Positions 57,880-64,000 of a stretch of DNA of 64,000 nt are shown in pieces. Position 1 is the stretch's first letter, and each line of letters opens with the position of its first letter. The position numbers were made by a program, and so were the translations under genes. Source of the DNA: Eledone cirrhosa (lineage: Eukaryota); NCBI GenBank assembly GCA_964016885.1, contig OZ024742.1, positions 243,164,001 through 243,228,000 of the forward strand. The letters are read 5' to 3'. The notes under the pieces were generated by a model, which saw nothing but the letters and a program-made list of their open reading frames with translations, made no database searches and was not told the origin of the DNA.

Positions 57880-60161
57880 CACTGGTCAACAGCCAAAATG
57901 GTTCTTACATCTGAATATGTGCATCTTACTAATTTCATAGCACTAAATTCAGTTTTGATATTCATTCTTTGCTATCGGACCAGAATGCCTTAATATGAGA
58001 TCGAAAATATGTTCCTCGTATTGCATTATTTATCCATTGTGTAACATATGATGACTTAGATATAAACATATTAACTTATTAATAAAAAATATATGAACAT
58101 ATTTTTATTTATTTTTTTAACACTTAGCATATTAACAAAACATTTCTGAACAACATTCTGAACATAACAAAATATTTCAAAACATTTCTAAAAGAATTTC
58201 TGGATTTTGCTTTTACGCTTGTTTTGCTGGCTCTCCTCACGTTGCAGTGTCCAGCAGTAGTCGCCCATCATGTTGGGATTGAACCGACCCTGATACCTAC
58301 TCTCCATTATGGCAATTTCCTGGTGAAACCTCTCTTCATGTTCATCACTGATGTCTCCTAGATTACTTGGGAAGAAATCCAGATGAGAATGGAAGAAATG
58401 AAGCTTCAACGACATTCGTGAACCCAGAGCGCGATAATTTTGTATCATGGTTTCAACAATTTCTTTATAGTTGTCCGCACGGTGGTTTCCAAGAAAGTTC
58501 TGTGTCACATCTACAAATGATTTCCATGCATTAGTCTCCAAAGGGTTTAGTGTTTTCGTAAACTCACTATCATTAACCAGCATACGAATCTGAGGACCAT
58601 TCAAAATCCCTGCTCTTAACTTTGCTTCAGATACCACTCTACCCAATTTCTTACACAAGTACTGAAACCCATTACCTGTATGATCCATGCTTTTAATAAA
58701 GTTTTTGGCCAAGCCTAATTTGAGATGTAATGGAGGGAGGAATACTTTTTCTGGATCCACGAGAGGTTTGTACAGACAGTTGAATCTACCGGGTGCATCC
58801 TTTGGTCTTGTTGGACAATCCTTCTTCATGTAGTGCTCTGCATCTGCTCTACTATTCCACGAACATAGAAAACACATATGCTTTGTGTAACCAGTCTGAA
58901 GACCTAGAAGTAGACAAATTATTTTGAGATCTCCACAAATTTTCCACTGGTGCTTCTGGTACTGAACTGAGGAAAGCAAAATCTTCATAGTTTCATAATT
59001 CTCAGTCATATTTGTTGCGTGTGCAATTGGTACGGAGGGAAGCCGATTTTCATTGTGGAGAAGGACTGCTTTTAGAGTATTTTTTCCTGAATCAATGAAC
59101 AACCTCCAATCATCTTGTTTGTATGAATCAGATTTACAGAGTTGTCGCATGAGAGAATCTGCATCATGACAATAGCAAAGGTTATTTTCCATTTTGAAAA
59201 ATGCTGGAAGTTGTTTATGACGATGACGAGCGGTTGTAATACGGACGCCAGGTTCCAGCAGGTTTCGTTGCTTCAGTCTTGATCCCAGGAGCTCTGCCTT
59301 CTCTTTAGACAAATGTGGGTCTCTAATGAGATCGTGAAGAGCTTCCTGGTTAAATGGCATGCGTTCACTTGTTTGATGTTCGTCTTGATAGTCATCATTA
59401 ATAGGGGCGCTACTGGAATCAGAACCAGAGAGTAGCACGTGTTCAGCAGGTGGAACTGGAACAGGTAATTTGTCACTGTGAGGTACTGGTTGGATTGCTG
59501 ACGAGATATCGGGGTATTGAAGTGTAGTTCGTGTCTTCACAGTTATTCCTTGGATGTTTATATGGCAGGAGTAGCAATCGTTATTGTGGTCTTTTGGTTC
59601 TCGCCACACCATTGGTATGGCAAATGGCAAACCAGAGCTTCGTTTCCCATTCTTCCATTCACTTAGGTGATTAACACATGACCTACACGCTATATGAGGC
59701 GCCCATTTCTTGTCCTGGTCTCCTAATGGACATTTGAAGTAGCATTTGTAGTTTACTCGAACTGCTTTTGTGATTGTTTTTTTTTATGCTTTCTGGGGTA
59801 AAGAGTCCACAAACATAGCAAAATCGGTCTGGGTCATTTACACATTTCCGGCGTTCCATCTCTCCCACTAGTCAAAGTTGTTGTGAATTATCCAAGAATA
59901 GCTGAGGATAGTTACAATTCTGTGATCTGAAACAAAAGCAGTAAATATAAATTAGTTAACAACTAAATATAGTGGATACAATTGGATGAAGTAATATGAG
60001 CCACATAGCTATGGGTCATAAACATGGATATGCTGGTTCTCAAAAACTAGACCCGATACAGCTTAACCGTTATCATATTCAGATTCTGCACACTTGATTA
60101 CCCTGGAATCATACTAAATTATACCAGAACCATGAAATGAATATTTTTTTGTTGACCAGTG
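57880..60161 (-). mobile_element. Full-length Chapaev3-type (CMC) DNA transposon
   Basis: TIR CACTGGTCAACA/TGTTGACCAGTG, 3-bp TSD TAA, internal transposase. Confidence 0.9.
58188..59868 (-). pseudogene. Chapaev3-type transposase, about 560 aa, with one frameshift in an A9 run (59777-59785)
   Basis: CVNDPDRFCYVCG, GDQDKKWAPHIACRSC, PMVWREPKDH..DCYSC, WRLFIDS, GDLK, PPLHLKLGL, MSLKLHFFHSH, SDEHEERFHQ. Confidence 0.9.
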
Positions 60162-61179
60162 TAATATAATATATACTATGTATAAATAAATATTATATAT
60201 TTTTTATTTTACTATATTTATATATAATATGTATCATTTGATATTTAATATACTACCATATCATCTCTATTTAATATACTACCATATCATCTCTACCGAC
60301 CTCCTCAGCGACCCCAGAAGGGCGTTAGCGCCCACTTTGAGAACCTCTGATGTTGAATGTATTGTTGTGCCAGCTGGCATCGTACTAACAATAATACAAT
60401 AGGATTTGATTAGTACACCATTGTATGCTGTCCGTTTTTTTCCACTTGGCTGAGCTTTTTGTTTAGAAATTCTTTGGCATTTATTTTTTCAGGAAACACC
60501 CCACAAAATCTAGTCACTGTGTTAATATGTTTCCTTGCACTTCTATATCTACATTCAGTCGAATGTCTATTTGACAAGTTGAGTTTTATCAGCGCAAAAT
60601 TTATATTCCTTTGTTGTCCCATAAAGAATGCTTTGGTGTTGTTGAATGTCAAGTTTGTTTTCAAATTGCTGTGAACATTAGAATTGTGTCTGTTTAATAT
60701 ATTCGCTCAGATTAATATATAAATTCTATTTAATGAGGTATATTGTTCACATACCATATATCTAAAATGATATTTTCATTTACTTATTAAACACCGATGT
60801 CTAACACGGACATAAGGGCCACGTTTTGCGGAAGGTTCGTGGTAGATAATATCGACTCAAGTATGCAACTGGACTTATTTTTATTGCCCTCAAAAAGATA
60901 GGAGTGCAAAGTTGACCCTGGTCAGTGTTGAACCCAAAACGTAAAATGGACGTTACTAAAAACTTACATTTTGTTCACCACTCTACTAATTGTCCGTCCA
61001 TATTAGATATTACAAATAGCAATGGAGAAATAAACGACATTAATTATATCATTCCACATTTTATCCTGCCGGAAAAAAAAGTACTAGTAATGTGCTGTGG
61101 TCAGGTCATTCGACTATCCCCTTTACCGTGAATATATGTTCATGTGTACATGTTAGAATTTATTCATTGGATATGAAAA

Positions 61180-61395
61180 GTGATGAATTGGCAGAGTCTT
61201 TAGATTGTCAAACAAAGTGTTTCGTAGTATTTGTTTTTTCTCTTTGTGTTCTGAGTTCAAATCTCACTGGAGTCAACTTTGCTTTTCATCTTTCTGGGAT
61301 TGATAAAATAAAGTTCCAATCAATTGCCGGGACCGATTTAAAGGATTTTTCCACTTCCCCCAAATTACCGGCATTGTACCTAAATTAGAAACCAT
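61180..61395 (+). mobile_element. SINE family A (old copy)
   Basis: GAGTTCAAATC B box and core. Confidence 0.7.
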
Positions 61396-62851
61396 TTTTC
61401 ATTGACATCGTTGTCATCTTTAACTTCTTATTCTGGTTTTACTCAGATCAAATTTGATTGAGTCGACCTATGATGAAGGGTATTTCAACTATGACTATTC
61501 CGTCATTTTAAGGGATATTTATTACTACTTTATCAAATGTGTTATGTCCTCCCAACACTCTTTTGTAAAAGGTCGGTAGTGTTTGTTTTGCGGAAAATTT
61601 GGCTGATATTTTGGTAGACTGGGCGGCCTCATATAGACTCACACGTTAGCCTATGCTACATCTTATTATCGACTTTGGAAATCGAGAGTTGAACACAGAA
61701 TATAAATATATATGATTAAATATCGCAAGATTGTTAACAATCTTCAGGTAATGTTTATTTTTTCCAGGCAAGGTTCTTTTTTCCAGGCATCTGTCCTTCC
61801 ATTTTTAAAATAGTAGCTATGGTTTGAGGGAGATCTGACTGTTATTTCTAGCGCGTTGGTGCTGCACCCCACAAAAGTCTTCTTCTTAGTTTCTATAACG
61901 AAAGTTATCCAGTGCACGTGTCACCCCGTCTCTGTCAGTCAACCACCGTTCTTCGCAGGAAGAAAAATGTCAGCTCGCTTAGCATTCTATTAATATTTAA
62001 CACTGGGATGGATATTCTTGCTATGAGAACATTGGCACAAGTAAAATACGAAGAATTTTAGTCTGATACACAGCTACAGCTGCACCTCTCATATTCATTC
62101 GCTGTGTAAAAATCCCAGTAAGAAAACTTCGATGTCGAGCCAAATAACTGTCCCTTGAGCTTAAATGTACCCATTTACAAACATTTGCATACGTATTTCC
62201 CGTTTATAAACATGTATCATTCTGGTGTGTTCATGTATGTATGTATGTATGTATGTATGTATGTATGTATGTATGTATGTATGTATGTATGTATGTGTTT
62301 GTATGTATCTATCTATCTATGTATGTATGTATGTATGTATGTATGTATGTGTATGTATGTATGCAAATATGTATGTATGTATACATGCATGTATGTGAAT
62401 GCATGTATATATGTATGTTTGTAAGTATCTATATATGTATGTATGTATGTATATATGATTGTATGTATGTATGTATATATATCTATGTATGTACGGCATG
62501 CAAGAGAGAGAGCACAAGTAGTTTCATTCTTTCACCCCGACCAATTGCTGATACGAATATTATTAGTTCCGGATTCTAAATCCTGAAAAAAAAGTGAGAA
62601 ATACGACAGAAAGCGATATAAACAGGAACAAAATACCAACAACGATGACGAGTAAATACTCGCTCTGGGAGGTGTGCTTAACTGATAAAAATCACAGCAC
62701 CTCCCTTCTATTATAATCAGATCTATTTACTATTACAAACAGCTTTTCCTCTTCCGCATTTTGGAATTATTTTTTTCGTTTTTCTTTTTCTTTTTTCCTC
62801 TCCCTTGTGTCTTTAGCAATTCTATATATCTACGCATTTTTTTTGTCTCTC

Positions 62852-62918
<67 letters not shown>

Positions 62919-62931
62919 CTTTCCTTGTCTC

Positions 62932-62969
<38 letters not shown>

Positions 62970-62982
62970 ATATATATAAACA

Positions 62983-63069
62983 TATCTGAGGAACTTGCGA
63001 ATCCAGAGTGAGGTTCGATCCACAAATAGATCGTACCTCGAGCTGAGCGCCGGAGAAACAATTGTAATA
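62983..63069 (+). ncRNA. Hammerhead motif with long stem II insert, partly degenerate
   Basis: TAT/ATA, CTGAGGA (62986-62992), internal hairpin GAGG..CGATC/GATCG..CCTC, GAAA (63055-63058), CAATTG, TA. Confidence 0.65.
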
Positions 63070-63128
63070 CGTTAATAAATTGTGTTTCGATGCATCACTT
63101 CTTCTTCGTTTTCCATTTTATATATATA

Positions 63129-63826
63129 CTAGCAGATGTACCTGGCGTTGCTCGGGAAATGAATGACAGCCTGTTTTTCCGTATAAAGAGAGCTAAAGGT
63201 TGAGCAAAGAATTGAAATGTAATTGTAAAAAAGAGTTTAACAAAATGGGTGTACAGTGACATGATTGAGTGAAATAAACGGCAACATAAAAACAATTCAT
63301 GGGGTAGCTTGAGTTAATTGACATGAATGATTTCAGGTCCGGCCTTGCTGTAGTAGGTATGAGTAAGGGGATAAAGATGGAATAGACGCACCGTATATCC
63401 TTCAGTAGACTAAACCCTATGCGTAAGATGGCGCTGCCACTACCACGTTGACCATCCACTGGACATAGAAATATCATTCCTTGAAGGAAATCGGCCTAGT
63501 ACTTCAAAAGTTAAAAGGAGCCTAGTATTTGTACACAGACAGATACACACACAAAATCGATTTTTCGGCCCCAATATCGATTCTTTTTTTTTTTTTCTAT
63601 CCAAAATCTGCTCTGGCATATAAGCAACATGTGTGTCAAATTTGGTTGAAATCGGCCTAGTACTTCAAAAGTTAAAAGGAACCTAGTATTTGTACAAAAA
63701 ATCGATTTTTCGGCCCCAATATCGATTTTTTTTTTTTCAAATTTGTTTTTGTCCCAAACCTGCTCTGGCATATAAGCAATACGTGTGCCAAATTTGGTTA
63801 AAATCGGCCTAGTACTTCAAAAGTAC
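63129..63826 (-). mobile_element. Helitron 3' portion with internal repeats of about 160 bp
   Basis: Minus strand end GAGCAACGCCAGGTACATCTGCTAG|T matches the end at 50263-50287; AAATCGGCCTAGTACTTCAAAAGT occurs three times. Confidence 0.82.
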
Positions 63827-63827
63827 T

Positions 63828-64000
63828 ATGTCAGGTCACCAGTTGGTGCTACTGGTAACATGTATCCCAGTACAACCTGTCTCATGGTCGGGTCGTTGGC
63901 GACTAAACTGGCAACCCCACCAAGGTTTCTTGGTGAGGAGGATGACTTTGGACATCCTGCAGGACTAAAAACAAAACCTGTCAAAGGGCAAAGAAGCTCT
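63828..64000 (+). mobile_element. Third copy of the structured leader repeat, running off the window
   Basis: Matches 1384-1547 and 11940-12111. Confidence 0.7.

Larger units (their letters stand above)
57726..60349. mobile_element. hAT-type MITE hosting the Chapaev3 element
   Basis: TIR CAGAGGTTCTC/GAGAACCTCTG; 8-bp TSD ATGTAGAA/ATGTTGAA. Confidence 0.88.

Noticed and set aside
59775-59790. Programmed -1 frameshift at A-AAA-AAC in the transposase
   Set aside because: Restoring the frame requires +1 (loss of one A), not -1

Overview
AT-rich eukaryotic intergenic or intronic DNA with no confident host protein-coding gene. The SINE families and the dense (TA)n/(CA)n/(CATA)n microsatellites resemble an octopod cephalopod genome (inference from recalled repeat sequences). 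Most ORFs in the track are translated microsatellites. Real content: (1) a nearly intact R4/Dong-like RLE non-LTR retrotransposon (about 5.24-8.64 kb) with a second family stacked behind it in (AAT)n; (2) many Penelope-like element (PLE) fragments and inverted-repeat pseudo-LTR remnants in (TA)n, carrying about 14 complete and several broken type I hammerhead ribozyme (HHR) motifs, including compensatory U3-A8 cores and branched stem II inserts; (3) an apparently non-coding HHR-bearing repeat (three copies) with tandem, covarying structured RNA-like domains and exchangeable terminal tails, the best candidate for something undescribed; (4) a near-intact Chapaev3-type DNA transposon nested in a hAT MITE; (5) two Helitrons, one splitting a GIY-YIG motif in frame; (6) RTE fragments, about 20 tRNA-derived SINEs and several MITEs. 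All folds and alignments were read by eye and repeat boundaries are approximate.
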